A program made the position numbers and the translations under genes. Below are positions 13,350 to 26,315 of a stretch of DNA of 64,000 nt, piece by piece. The notes beneath the pieces were generated by a model. It ran no database searches, was not told the DNA's origin, and saw only the letters and a list, made by a program, of their open reading frames with translations. Source of the stretch: Eledone cirrhosa (Eukaryota); the NCBI GenBank assembly GCA_964016885.1, contig OZ024748.1:19344001-19408000 (forward strand). The letters are read 5' to 3'. How positions within the stretch are numbered: position 1 is the stretch's first letter; the number at the start of each line of letters is the position of its first letter.

Positions 13350-13528
13350 GAGGGAGGATGAGAGGCAGGCAGAGAAAGAGATGGGATGTCAACATCCCGG
13401 AATGGACAGCCATGAGCATGGGTTCAAAAATGACGAAGGTGGAGGGGCGAGAGGAATGCAAGAAGCTGGTTCCAGGTCATCTGTGGCGCACAACGGTCCA
13501 CCAGACTACGGGACAGATGAGATGAGTC

Positions 13529-13557
<29 letters not shown>

Positions 13558-13562
<5 letters not shown>

Positions 13563-14082
13563 TAAAATTAGTCCTTCATCAGTGATCTTCCAGCCTCCAT
13601 TGGTATTTCATGGCTTTAAAGATCATATACCTCTGGTTGGTGCGAGAAAGTCGTTGGGACACGTAAATAGGGGGAACGAGCGAGACAGTAAACAAACAAA
13701 CAAACAAATATGGTAATGCAACGAAGGTGAGGAAGAAGGAGTCAAGTCCCTGAAATCGATGAACATAAGTTCTGTGAACTCGTAGACGAGAGAAAAAAAA
13801 AATCGTCTACGATTTCACAGAACTTATGTTCATCGATTTCTGCGACTTGACTCCTTCTTCCTCACCCTCGTTGCATTACCATATTTGTTTGTTTGTTTAC
13901 TGTCTCGCTCGTTCCCCCTATTTACGTGTCCCAACGACTTTCTTTAGCCGTTGCTCGCACCAACCAGAGGTATATGATCTTTAAAGCCATGAAATACCAA
14001 TGGAGGCTGGAAGATCACTGATGAAGGACTAATTTTATTCATATGTACTCCATTTGGAACCACGCAGCACGCCATTTTTTCA
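13558..14082 (+). mobile_element. TA-inserted module with ~240-bp fold-back arms
   Basis: Centre gtagacga..tcgtctac at ~13795. Diverged homologue on minus at 20380-20640. Confidence 0.75.
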
Positions 14083-14663
14083 TATATATATATAAATACA
14101 TAAACGGAGAAAGCTATTAGCGATACTCCGACCAATTTCCAACTCACTCAACAAACATTAGGAAATACCGCAGTATATTCCCAATTAAACGTTTGGGGTG
14201 CTAACTATATTGTATTGTGTGGATAATTGGCTGTATTATTTTATATGAGATATATTAAAAATCTCATTTCCTAAACGAATCGTTTCATTATAAGATTTCT
14301 ACTTGGTGGGTGAGATTATACCAAGTTATGTAGAAGCTTGTGTAAGATCAATGGATTCTTATGCAAGTGGACTCTTCTAAATCTTCAGTGGGTGCCCAAT
14401 AATATTAATATTAATAACCAAATCAATATCAATATTTAGCGATAATCACCACCAGTGCTAGAAGGACCTTCTAGGTTGTAAGTCAAGCAGTTATAAAGAA
14501 AATCTCACACTGTCCCGAAAACGGGAGGAGGAGGATACCGCCAAAACTAATACACCCGCAGGTCATTGAACTCTGACAAGTGCGAAGAACTCAATTGGAT
14601 ATGTAAAATATATATATATATATAGAATTCACAGGGATCAAAGCTATGTTCAAACTATTTATT

Positions 14664-14710
14664 AGCTTACAATTGTTTCATCCAAACCGAGGCTTGGAGT
14701 CTTCGGAGAA
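14664..14710 (-). ncRNA. Degenerate minimal HHR
   Basis: Minus: CCGAAGA-c-tccaagc/gtttgga-t-GAAAC-AATT-GTA. An inverted partial copy starts in stem II at 15152. Confidence 0.55.
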
Positions 14711-14929
14711 TATTTCAATGTTTGTATACATACATGACCTCCTTTCCAACGCAAGAGAGATACAGATACATATGTATATATTGATGTACAGTGGGGTGAC
14801 ATATTATATTATTTCTGAATGGTAATTTAAATTCAAAAATTAAAATCATATTAAAACAGAATTAAAGCAAAATTAAAATTAAAATACAACATCAATGCAA
14901 GTTTAAAATACAATCGGCAGTTAACGTAG

Positions 14930-15118
14930 ATAATTGTTTCTACTTTAGGCACAAGGCCAGCAATTACCCAGTGCATTACTGGTACTTTTATTTTATCGAC
15001 CCCGTTAGGGTGAAAGGCAAAGTCAACCTCGGCGGGATTTGAACTCAGATCATAAAGGGACGTAACTATGCTGGAAAGCATGGCGTCCGACCCTCCACCG
15101 ATACTGCCAATCCACCAC
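14930..15118 (-). mobile_element. Deu/Nin-domain SINE
   Basis: Full length; gttaacgtagataat repeated on both sides (TSD-like). Confidence 0.85.
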
Positions 15119-15375
15119 CCTCGGTGTTAACGTAGATAATGGAAGAGGATAGTTTGGATGAAACAATTGTAAGCTAATAAATGCTTTGAACATAGCTTTA
15201 ATTCCTGTGAATTCTATATAACTGCTCTGTAGAACAACTGATGTTATTACATTGAGCTATTTATCTTACTGGTAATAAGGTAGTAATAAATTACTGTCTT
15301 TCACTGTTTAGGGTTTAAAATATATATAACTATAAAAAGTTTTAGTATATACATAACCATAAATAGTATCCTTAA

Positions 15376-15434
<59 letters not shown>

Positions 15435-15526
15435 TGTACATATATATATATAAATAAATAAATATATATATATACATATATATATGCATATGTATAAATA
15501 TATGCATATATATTTGTGTGTGTTTG

Positions 15527-15573
<47 letters not shown>

Positions 15574-15600
15574 GAATAGAGGTGTAAGACACAAGTTGTG

Positions 15601-15980
15601 ATATATTGGTAAAAGGAAAAGAAAATGCTGACAAATTGTTCCCAGTGAAAAATAGTTTAATTAGGAATAAGTAAAAGTTAGTAATAAGTATTGGTTAGTA
15701 TTCAGTTTTGGTTTTAAGTTTTTACCGGTTGCGCATTTCTAATGCTTTTCAAAAATATTTAGAGATAGAGCGCCCGTGATGTTTGCTCTAATCATCATGA
15801 GAGCAAACATCACGGGCGCTCTATCTCAAAATTATTTTTGAAAACCATTAGAAATGCGCAACCTGTAAAAGCTTAAAACCAAAACTGAATACTAACCAAT
15901 ACTTATTACTAATTTTTACTTATTCTTAATTAAACTATTTTTCACTGGGAACAATTTGTCAGCATTTTCTTTTCCTTTTA

Positions 15981-15990
<10 letters not shown>
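15601..15990. repeat. ~390-bp fold-back module
   Basis: Centre ~15793; right end abuts (TA)n. Single-arm homologue at 8003-8140. Confidence 0.9.
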
Positions 15991-16030
<40 letters not shown>

Positions 16031-16035
<5 letters not shown>

Positions 16036-16087
16036 CGTCTTCCAAGTTATGTATGCAAGTGTGTATAAGTATGCAGGTATGTATAAT

Positions 16088-16170
<83 letters not shown>

Positions 16171-16242
16171 ATATACATATACATAATTATACATACCTAC
16201 ATACTTATACACACTTGCATACATAACTTGGAAGACGTAATA
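16031..16242. repeat. Inverted repeat around a (TA)n tract
   Basis: tattacgtcttccaagttatg... / ...cataacttggaagacgtaata. Confidence 0.85.
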
Positions 16243-16350
16243 GAGTAATATATACGAATAAATAAATAAATATATATATATATGTGTGTGTTTGTGTGTT
16301 TATATATATATGTGTGAGTGTTTGTGTATATATATGTGTGTGTTTCTATC

Positions 16351-16385
<35 letters not shown>

Positions 16386-16418
16386 TTTTTTTTCTGTATA
16401 TATATGTGTGTGTGTTTT

Positions 16419-16470
<52 letters not shown>

Positions 16471-16509
16471 CATATGTGTATGTATGTGTATTTGTGTATA
16501 TATATTATA

Positions 16510-16901
16510 CAGGGTGTTACTAAAGTATGTCACATTCTAAGAACTCATATACCAGGAACTACAAACGGTAGCAAGATGAAACTCGTGCCATTTAAAAGCT
16601 GAAAACGTGAGGTTTCCTGGCTGAGAGATGGATCAGACGTTCCGGAAGAACTGATCTCATGCTCCCGTCATGGTACCCTGGGTTTCCAGACCTCACGCCA
16701 TGTAAATTCTGCCTCTGTGGGTATGTAAAAGACCTGGTGTACGTACCACTCCTTCCCCAAAACGTGGATGACCTGAAGACTAGAATAACTGATGTCTTGG
16801 CCACCATCGACAACGCTATGCCAGGTGGAGTTTGGGAAGAAATGGACTATCGTTTGGATGTGTTTCGTATAACCCGCGGCATGCACATTGAACACATCTA
16901 A
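16510..16901 (+). pseudogene. Tc1/mariner (DD37D/maT-like) deleted transposon, transposase C-terminus
   Basis: TA-cagggtg TIR-like start. WYPGFPDLTPCKFCLCGYVKDLVY matches the WPPRSPDLTPxDFFLWGYxK motif; ends RGMHIEHI*. Confidence 0.8.
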
Positions 16902-17045
16902 AAAAGTTTAATAATAAATTAATTTCTTGCACTTTTATCTTCAACATTTCGTACAGAAATTTGAACATATTTTGCTTTCAGGAAACGTGTTTTGATATGC
17001 TCTGTAGTTACTAAGATATAAAGTGTAATATGACATTATATATAT

Positions 17046-17125
17046 AGGAAAAGAGTCATGACCCCGACGACTGAGCTCCGGCCGTTTCGACAGCTAGGTC
17101 TGAACAGTTCAGACCTAGCTGTTAA
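17046..17125 (-). mobile_element. Family A-related fragment with fold-back in HHR stem II
   Basis: gacgactgagctccggccgtttcgacagctaggtctgaac a gttcagacctagctgt. Confidence 0.6.
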
Positions 17126-17162
17126 ATACATGGATTGGTAGATAGATAGATAAGTAGATATA

Positions 17163-18270
17163 TTTCTTTTATTTGCCACTAGGGCATCAAAAGTGGGACA
17201 AGTACAAAGGGGGGAGTTTACACAAAAAGGCGTCCTCAATAAGGAGGAGGCAATAACAAAATATAAAAATAAAATAAGATATAACAAAAAATAAAATTTT
17301 TAACAAAATCCTCAATAGAGAGGAGGCGCCTTGGGGGGTCGCACACACCCCCGAAAAAAGTGTGCAACCCTTCTCCTCAGGAGCACAGAGAAGGGGTGCT
17401 CCCTTGGTCTTTCATCTTCCTCACCTATAGTCTGATGTAGAGTGAAGGCCAATTCACACGGGCCATTCTCGCCACTTTCACCCATCTTTCATAGAAACGG
17501 CTGGGGTGCAGCACCTCTTTCTCCATCCTGATCCTTCTTCCGAAATGATATCGGAAGAAACGGACCAGTTGTTGGCCAGAGAGAAAGGTGCCTGACCTCA
17601 GTCCTTTCAGACGCGTCCACCATACAACCTCTTTCGCCATGGCTATTACGCACAGAAACACCGCCTCTGCTTCATCTTTGAAGGGGGGAGGCGGCTTGAT
17701 CATTACAATAGACTCGGTGGTCAACCGGATCGGTCCCACCCTTGACAGCAGTTGTTCGACATAGCCCCACAGATCGGCTACGCCCGAGCAGTGTACTAAT
17801 GCGTGTGCAACGGTTTCCTCGTCGCACACGCATCTGGGACAGATCTTTTTGGCGGGGTCCCTACCCGGGCGCCCGTGTCTGTAGAGCCTTTCTCGAACGG
17901 GTAAAGCCCCTCGGTAGCACTGCCAGGCCAGGGACTTCTGGAAGTTGTCCATAGGTCCCGGGCTGAATGTCCTACCGAACAGGCTGGCCAGTTCGTCCTC
18001 CTCCATGTCTAGGGCTTCTCCGAGGGCGTCGTCGCACCTGCTGCGTACCAGCCCTCTATAGAATGTTGCGGTGGAGTCTCCACTGATAACCGGATCCGCC
18101 TGCCAGAGGGCGGTGAGCGCCTGGGCACACTCAGTGTGCCAGGCGCCCAGTTTTCTCGGTCTTTGCTTGACCCAGGATTGCAGCTCGGTGAGTGAGACGA
18201 GTCTGGGAAAGGTTCGTCTCACAAACGAGGCCCACACCGGTTGTCCGGTGAGGAATACGTAGAGGTGCCG
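17163..18270 (-). mobile_element. 5'-truncated Tx1/L1-clade LINE (ORF2 C-terminus 17425-18270 plus 3' UTR)
   Basis: zf-RVT-like ALPVRERL...CPRC..EETVAHALVHC..LW. Both ends abut (GATA)n. Confidence 0.85.
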
Positions 18271-18398
18271 TAGATAGACAGTAGATAGACAGTAGATAGA
18301 CAGACAGACAGATAGAATGTTAGAAATGTTAGACAGACAGACAGACAGGTAGATAGATAGATAGATAGAGAGATATATAGATAGATAGAGAGATAGAG

Positions 18399-18455
<57 letters not shown>

Positions 18456-18569
18456 TCTCCAACACTTTATATAGAGACCACAAACATACGTGTGACTATA
18501 TTTATAAACATATTATCACATATTAATATTCATATTAGGTAACAGTATACAATATATGCATACACACAT

Positions 18570-19007
18570 ACAGACCACACAATGCTCTCTCTCTCTCACG
18601 TACACACATATACATACACACACACACACACACACACACATAGAGACCACACAATACTCTCTCTCTCACACACAGATACATACACACACATATGCACACA
18701 TACACACACATACAGACCACACAAAACTCTCTCTCTCTCACGCACACACAGATACATACACACACACATACACACATACATACACACACACACACACATA
18801 CACACATACACATATACACACACACGCATAGAGACCACACAATACTCTTTCTCGCAGACTCACACGGATACATACACACACATATACACATATACACACA
18901 CACACATCGAAACCACACAATACTCTCTCACACACACAGATCCATACACACACATATACACACATACACACACACACATACAGACCACACAATACTCTCT
19001 CATACAC

Positions 19008-19045
<38 letters not shown>

Positions 19046-19310
19046 GCACGCATACACACACATACACACACAAATACATACAGACAACACAATACTCTCT
19101 CTCGTACACACACACACAGAAATACATACACACACATATGCACACATACACACACACACATACGTACCACACAATACTCTTTCTCGTTCTCACTTTCTTT
19201 CGCTCTCTCCCACACAAATGCATACACACGCACACACATACACACACATGCAAACTCACACACACGCAGAGACCACGCAATATTCTCTCTTTCTATCGCA
19301 TTCTCTCTCT
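18570..19310. repeat. Minisatellite of agaccacacaatactctct motifs separated by (CA)n
   Basis: About 10 recurrences at 60-120 bp spacing. Confidence 0.85.
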
Positions 19311-19532
19311 CGCCCACACACATACACACACACACACACACACTCACACAGAGACACACACACACACACACTCACACACTCACTCACACACATACACACA
19401 CACACACCCTTACATACACACACATACACACACATACACACACACACACCCTTACATACACACACATACACACACACACTCACACAGAGACACACACACA
19501 CACACACTCACACACAGACACATACACACACA

Positions 19533-19601
<69 letters not shown>

Positions 19602-19766
19602 CACACACACACACACACACACACACGCACGCAAACTCAATCAAATACTTAACCACACCGAAAAGTGTTGAATTTCAAGACTTGTCTGAGATTCTTAAAA
19701 CTAAAGTTATTTTAAAATTCTACGGGGAACTTAAAATATCAATTTGTCATACATACATAAATATTT

Positions 19767-19839
<73 letters not shown>

Positions 19840-20054
19840 CATATATATATACATGTGTGTGTGTGCGTGTGTGGGTGTGTATGGGTGTGTATGTGCGCGT
19901 GCGTGTGTGTTTGCGTACGTACATAGACAGTCATTTTTTAAATATATGTATATGTATATCCTTTCTTTTTTCTCAAATTTCTTAAAGAATTGCTCTCTCT
20001 CTCTCTCTTTCTCTCTGTGTATATATACATACAAGCATACACACACACACACAC

Positions 20055-20113
<59 letters not shown>

Positions 20114-21304
20114 TATGTGTGTATATATATATATATTTATATATGTATATGTGTATATATATATATCTAAATGTGTGTGTGTATGTATGGATGTATCTAT
20201 GTAAGTATGTGTATATGTATATTTATGCAGACAGCACTTAAAATGATTTGACCTCCATTAAAAATAACCTAAATACATTGTAAGAAACAGAATTACCTAA
20301 ATAATACTGAGTGTCTTTTAATTTCCTTGCTTCAGTTCAGCGTGACCTTCTATAGTTGCTGGTTATATACATAAACGAATGAAAAATGCCGTGCTGCGTT
20401 GTTGCGAATATGAAAATACGAATAAAAATAGACCAAGAAAGAAGAATGTCCTTCATCAGTAGTCTGCTGATTATCGTTGGTATTTCTTCGCATTAAAGAT
20501 TAGATACCTAAAATCAGTGCGAGCGATAACTAAATTAAGTTATCGGGACAGAGGAAAACAGAGGAAAGGAAACAAACAACATGGTAGTAATGCAACGTAA
20601 AGAGAGGAAAAGAGAGACAAGTCAATGAATCTTGTGGGCTTAAGTTCGACAAATCAAAATGACAAGAAGAAATAGACGCGTCCGAGCCACGAGAAGATTG
20701 AGAGAGGAAAGCAATTCAAGCAGGTCAGACGGGAGGAAGTGAGAGAGGAGGAGTAGCAGAGAGTGAGTGAGTGAAAGTGTGAGAAAGGGGCCAGCCGAGA
20801 GTGAGTGACCAGCAGCGGGAGTGGAGGAAAGCAAGAGGTGAAGGAGAGAGAAGGGGGAGAGAAAAAAAGGGGATATCAGTAAGGTGACAGAAAAAATACG
20901 AACCACAGCGAAGGGAAAACATATATGTGAAGGAAAAATGGCGGGCTGCGTTGTTGCGAATATATATATATATATATATATATAAAGTAAAATAACGGAG
21001 TAAAGGACTCGCGTATAATCCTGTAATGAAATGAGCTGAAAGGAAAGAGTTTTCCTGGGTACTTTAAAATACAATATAGAGAGGGGAAAAACACAGGAAA
21101 GTGTGTTTTCCTTTACAGGAATCTCAAACCACCAGCGTGAAGAGAATATAAGCTAATAGAGGCATAGGAAAACCATTAAAATTAAAAGTATAAATTAAAA
21201 TGAGAAACCAACCTCATTTCTAAATTACATATGTACAAACTCACCAGGAGATTGTTTCGCCATTTAGTGGGTTTCAATTTGGCCCACTAAATGGCGAAAC
21301 AATC

Positions 21305-21480
21305 TGGTAACATGTAACGCAGTACAACCTGTCACATAGTCGGGTCGTCGGCGACTAAACCGGCAACGCCCCAAGTTTACTTGGTGAGGGGTATGATTTT
21401 GGACACTCTGCAGGACAAAAAACAAAACATGACAAAGGGCGGAAGAACTTATAAGAATCAACGGCCATCTAAAAAAAATA
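21305..21480 (+). repeat. Dispersed repeat, homologous to 43640-43812 (-)
   Basis: catgtaac.cagtacaacctgtc...gcgactaaaccggcaac...cttggt is shared. Preceded by a fold-back at 21259-21305. Confidence 0.7.
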
Positions 21481-22089
21481 ATCTTGCCAAATCAATGGGT
21501 GGCAGTAGTTCCAGTTGCACTCATCGAAAGACTGATTTTGTGGTTCTGAGAACAATGCGGTTTTGCAGATGATCAATGCAAATTGACAATGGAAAGGCGC
21601 TCCCGCTCGAGTTAGAAGGGAACAATTGACCTTCAGGAGAAGCAGCGACTCCTGATTGTATTCAGCAACCGAAACAAATATGAAGTACATCAAATCCAAT
21701 GCACCTAGGGGCGGCAGTAGTTCTTCTTATTTGCGAGTGTAAACTCGGCCAGATTAGATTAGATTAGAGATTAAAATGTTGAATATTTTCATGAAAGAAG
21801 AGCAGCGATAGTTTCTTCAGATTCGGGTTTTTTTTTGTCAATGAACTCTTTGTCTTATTCACATACAATATCATTGAAGTGTCAAAGTTTATGTAATGGA
21901 TTCTTGAAATAAGCCATATGGTAACGTAAAGTCATTTATATAAATCTTAGCATCTGTGTCGTATGTCTTTCGTCTGGAATTCTTCAGAGAGTTCTAAGGG
22001 TGGGGATATTTATTGACTGACAGTAATGACCTCACGTGCAGCAACACAACAACACAAACTGTGGGTTCAAGTATGGCGCCTTGTTACTT

Positions 22090-22760
22090 CAACAGCAATA
22101 ACGACAACAACAATAATAACATAAATGACTATAACGGCAAAAACAACAATATAATCAACAACAAAAACAACAATGACAACCACATCAACGAGAAGAACAA
22201 CGATATCAATGACAACATCAAAAGCAACAATAATCACAATGTCAAAAACAAAAACAGCAACAACATAATCAATAACAGCAACAACAACAACAACAGCAAA
22301 AACAGCAACAACAGCATAATCAATAACAGCAACAACAACAACAGCAACAACAACGAACAGCAAAGAAAGCAACAATAATTACGTCAAAAACAAAAGCAGT
22401 AGCAGCAACAACAACAGCAACAATAACAACAACGAAAACAACGATAAGCACAACGTCAAAAAACAACAACAACAACAACAACATAATCAACAACAACAAA
22501 AGCAACAACAACATCAAAAACAACAACAACAACAACAACAACGACGACAACGACGACAGTAACCACAACGACAACGTCAAAAACAACAACAATATCAACA
22601 ACAGCAACAACAACAGAGAAAGCGACACTTCACATTAAAATCACAACAAAAAACCAAAAATGTCATCAACAACGACAACAACAACAACAACAACAACAAC
22701 AACTGCAACAACAACGACAACAACGACAACGACAACAACAACAACTACAACAACAAGTTG
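22090..22760. repeat. Degenerate (AAC)n
   Basis: Direct reading. Confidence 0.9.
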
Positions 22761-22920
22761 TGAACTAACAATTAAAACATGTGTAAGGACTCGAAGAGGA
22801 ACAAGAATACTGACAATATGAGAACATATCAAATAAATAATAAAAACAACAACTAAAATATTATTACAACATTGACAACATCAAGAATATCGCCACTAAC
22901 ATCTCACTCAACCTATCTAT

Positions 22921-23390
22921 CGGTTTTCCTCTGTACAGTGGCTATGGTGAAAGAAGTTATATGGTGGACGAGATTGAGAGGACTGAGAAGATGCCTTTCT
23001 CTCCGGACAACAACTCATTCCCTTCTTTACATACCACTTTAGAAGGAGAATCAGAGTGGAGAAAGAGGCACTGCACCCCAGTAAATTTACTGAAAGGTGG
23101 GGGAATGTGGAAAAAAATGGCCCGAGTGATTGGGCCTTCTCTGTATATAAACCTGTAGGTTGAAGAAGGGAGCAAAAGGAACAAAGGAGCACCTGCACAA
23201 CACGCTCCTGAAGTTGAGGGTTGTTCTATCGACGGGGTAATAAACAACCCATTTGTGAAGCCTGCCCCCCTATTGGGGATTTCGATTGTTATAATTGTTT
23301 GTTTTATATTTTTACACGATTGTATGTAAAATCCCCGGCATGTCTTTGTCTTGTCCCCCTTTCTTGTGCGCCTTTGTGGCTAATAAAGAA

Positions 23391-23391
<1 letters not shown>
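22921..23391 (+). mobile_element. Second, frameshifted copy of the Tx1/L1-clade LINE 3' end
   Basis: VFLCTVAMVKEVIWWTRLRGL / FLSGQQLIPFFTYHFRRRIRVEKEALHPS / KMARVIGPSLYINL* aligns with the 17425 ORF. Flanked by ctatctatc and (TATC)n. Confidence 0.85.
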
Positions 23392-23446
<55 letters not shown>

Positions 23447-23524
23447 GTCGATCTATCTCTCACTCACTCTCTCTCTCTCTCTCTTTCTATCTCTAGATCT
23501 CTATCTTTCTATCTATCCATCTTA

Positions 23525-23965
23525 TCTCCTTATAATATATAACCAGCAATTTCAGTTTGTCTGTCTGTCCGACAGTGGAAACACGTGCGCGCGTGCGAAT
23601 GTTTTTTGCGCACGCGTAGAGAGAGAGTGAGAGTGAAAGAAAGAGACAGACTACCTGAGGGGGATAGCGGGAGGGAGAGAGGGGGAAATTGAGGAGTGCT
23701 ACAGAAACATATATACATTTCTGTGTGTGTGTAATATATATATATATACACACACAGAAATATATATATACACACACAGAAATATATATACATTTCTGTG
23801 TGTGTAATATATATATATATACACACAGAAATAGATATACATTTCTGTGTGTGTAATATATATATATATACACACACAGAAATATATATACATTTCTGTG
23901 TGTGTAATATATATATATACTAGATTTGCGAGCAGAAAACCGCCCACCGGGTGGATTTCTGCTAG
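23525..23965 (+). mobile_element. Non-autonomous Helitron-like element
   Basis: A|TC start with tataatatataa...tttgtctgtctgtc; internal palindromic ~60-bp minisatellite at 23700-23920; subterminal hairpin ccgccc/gggtgg; CTAG end. Confidence 0.55.
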
Positions 23966-24170
23966 TCTATATATCTTAAACAGAGAATGTCTGTCTGTCT
24001 GTCTGCCTGTCTGTCTTACTCCCTAAAACTCGAGAACCACCTAAGCGATTGTTTTCAAACTTTACACATGTAATACTTATCGTCCTGTGAGTGTTTTGAG
24101 CAAAAATTATTTCAAATTTTCAATGCCCCAGGGACCGCATTAGGCGATTTAGCGATCTCTCTATAATTCT
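23966..24170 (+). mobile_element. Helitron-like 5' end directly after CTAG
   Basis: TCTATATATCTTAAA...(GTCT)n...caaactttacaca, typical of non-autonomous Helitron 5' ends. Confidence 0.55.
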
Positions 24171-24369
24171 TAGTCTGTCATTTTAGATAGATACATAGCT
24201 ACGACGTCGCGCCCTTATAATATCTGTCTGCATGTCTGCTGTCTGCATTACGACATTATGACACTATCTGTGTGTGTGTATATATGTATATATATAGTGT
24301 GTATATATATATATAGGGTGTAACGTTTTTCGAAATATTTACTTCTGGGTTTACAGATTGATTTTTTTT

Positions 24370-24420
24370 AGTTTCAGAAGATCCCGTTAAGGGTGAAAGC
24401 AGCGATTCTTTGCTTAAACT
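24370..24420 (+). ncRNA. HHR-fold with variant CAGAAGA core (family B)
   Basis: agttt-CAGAAGA-t-ccc/ggg-t-GAAA-gca/tgc-TT-aaact. Confidence 0.6.
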
Positions 24421-24431
24421 TTAATCTGACA

Positions 24432-24481
<50 letters not shown>

Positions 24482-24512
24482 AAGATCAAAAGATGGTTAA
24501 AAGAGTTCCAAG

Positions 24513-24583
24513 TATTTTATCATGCGCATTTCAAAAACAAATATCATCATGGGATGATGTCTGGGTTCTCATCAGATAAAATA
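24513..24583 (-). ncRNA. Minimal HHR with mutated cleavage triplet (AUG)
   Basis: Minus: tattttat-CTGATGA-long stem II-GAAA-T-GCGC-A-TG-ataaaata. Confidence 0.6.
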
Positions 24584-24766
24584 GGGATACATGATATGAA
24601 GCTTTAAAAACACTTGTGAATAGTGAAGTGTTAAATCAACATATACTTGGAACTCTTTTAACCATCTTTTGATCTTATATTATTTATACTCCACTCCTAC
24701 AAACTGTAGAGTGCTACTTATCCGATATTTGCATTGCCTTGTTGTGCTACAATAAAACTCACCTCC

Positions 24767-24818
<52 letters not shown>

Positions 24819-25188
24819 TTATAAAAATATTTTGCTTGTTGTATCCCAACAAATTAAATATAACCTCTACATATATATATATATATTTACATGTAAAGTT
24901 ATATTTAAAATTGTTGGGTTACAACTAGTAAATATTTATAACTGATATATGAAGCTCTTCGCTTTATCTATTTTTCCATCTCTCTATTTTGTCCCATGCA
25001 TTTCTTCTTTTTCTTTTTCTTCTTTTTCTTCCTTTTCTTCGTTTTGTCTTTCTTTCTTTCTTATTTCCCTCTTTTCTCTCTCTCTTTCTTTCTCTCTGTA
25101 TTTTCACTGCTAGAGTAAACCTCTTCAAATGAAGTTGATGTTTATTACGGTATGTCGAATATATTTATCTATAAAACTGTTTATATTG

Positions 25189-25254
25189 TATTTTGTCTGA
25201 TGAAGGCATAGCATATTGTTAATATGATATCCCCGAAATATATATAATGAAATA
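25189..25254 (+). ncRNA. Minimal HHR (family D-like)
   Basis: tattttgt-CTGATGA-agg..catatt/aatatg..cccc-GAAA-T-ATAT-A-TA-atgaaata. Confidence 0.65.
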
Positions 25255-25428
25255 AATATGGTTTTATAAATATAGTTTTCCATTTATTTAATATTGTATA
25301 TATATATTTATATATTTGTGTACAGAAATAAATACAAAATATAATCAAACGTATTTCTTTCACAACAAATTATTGGAGTAAATATACAATATATTAACAA
25401 ATGGAAACTATATTTATAAAACCATATT

Positions 25429-25494
25429 TATTTCATTATACATATTTCAAGGGCTACCAAGGTAGATTATGGTGCGCTTTCATCAGATAAAATA
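25429..25494 (-). ncRNA. Minimal HHR (family D)
   Basis: Reverse complement of the 25958 copy. Confidence 0.7.
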
Positions 25495-25957
25495 TAATAC
25501 AGACTAGTTTTATAAATAAATATTGACATACCCTGAAAAAATGCAACCTTACCGGTTGGAACTTCCTGGCTAGTGGAGATATTAGATTTATTGTTGAATT
25601 TAGTATGCAAATTACTGTCGGAAAGGTTTAAATAACAGTATATTTAAATTAAACCGTTAGAAGAAGGAAAAAAGAAAGAGAAAGATAAAAGAAATAGTTT
25701 ATATATATTTTTGCCAGTGGGAGAGAGTAGACCCACTGGCAAAAATATATATAAACTATTCCTTTTATCTTTCTCTTTCTTTTTTCCTTCTTCTAACGGT
25801 TTAATTTAAATATACTGTTATTTAAACCTTTCCGACACTAATTTGCATACTAATTCAACAATAAATCTAATATCTCTACCAGCCAGGAAGTTCCAACCGG
25901 TAAGGTTGCATTTTTTCAGGGTATGTCAATATTTATTTATAAAACTAATCTGTATTA

Positions 25958-26023
25958 TATTTTATCTGATGAAAGCGCACCATAATCTACCTTGGTGGCC
26001 CTTGAAATATGTATAATGAAATA
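25958..26023 (+). ncRNA. Minimal HHR (family D)
   Basis: tattttat-CTGATGA-aagcgcacca/tggtggccctt-GAAA-T-ATGT-A-TA-atgaaata. Confidence 0.7.
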
Positions 26024-26196
26024 AATATGGTTTTATAAATATAGTTTCCATTTGTTAATATATTATATATTTATATATATGTATTTATATATAGTGGTAT
26101 ATCACTGGAAGTAATATCCGTAGTAGGAAAGCACTTAGTCCATCGGACGAGTTAGGTAGAAGTGTCGCCTTCCTGTTCCGTATAACCATGTCCATT

Positions 26197-26236
26197 ACGA
26201 TCTGAGGATCCGGTAAGGTGAAACAATTGGTTCTCG
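26197..26236 (+). ncRNA. Degenerate HHR
   Basis: CTGAGGA-t-cc/gg-t-GAAAC-AATT-GG; cleavage site and stem I decayed. Confidence 0.4.
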
Positions 26237-26265
26237 GTATGGTGAACTAACTGTTGTGTAACCAC

Positions 26266-26315
<50 letters not shown>

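Larger units (their letters stand above)
25385..26070. mobile_element. Family D module as a ~690-bp palindrome with two HHRs
   Basis: Centre tttgccagtggg...cccactggcaaa at ~25726; arms nearly identical. Confidence 0.85.

Noticed and set aside
18271-18483. N-terminal part of the 352-aa ORF
   Set aside because: Translated (TATC)n; only 17425-18270 is LINE-derived.
18570-19310. CRISPR-like repeat-spacer pattern
   Set aside because: Spacers are (CA)n, the context is eukaryotic and there are no cas genes.
21305-21365. HDV-like ribozyme (..cgaCTAAaccgg) in the repeat shared with 43750-43812
   Set aside because: P4, J4/2 and P2 look plausible, but P1 and P3 could not be folded in either copy.
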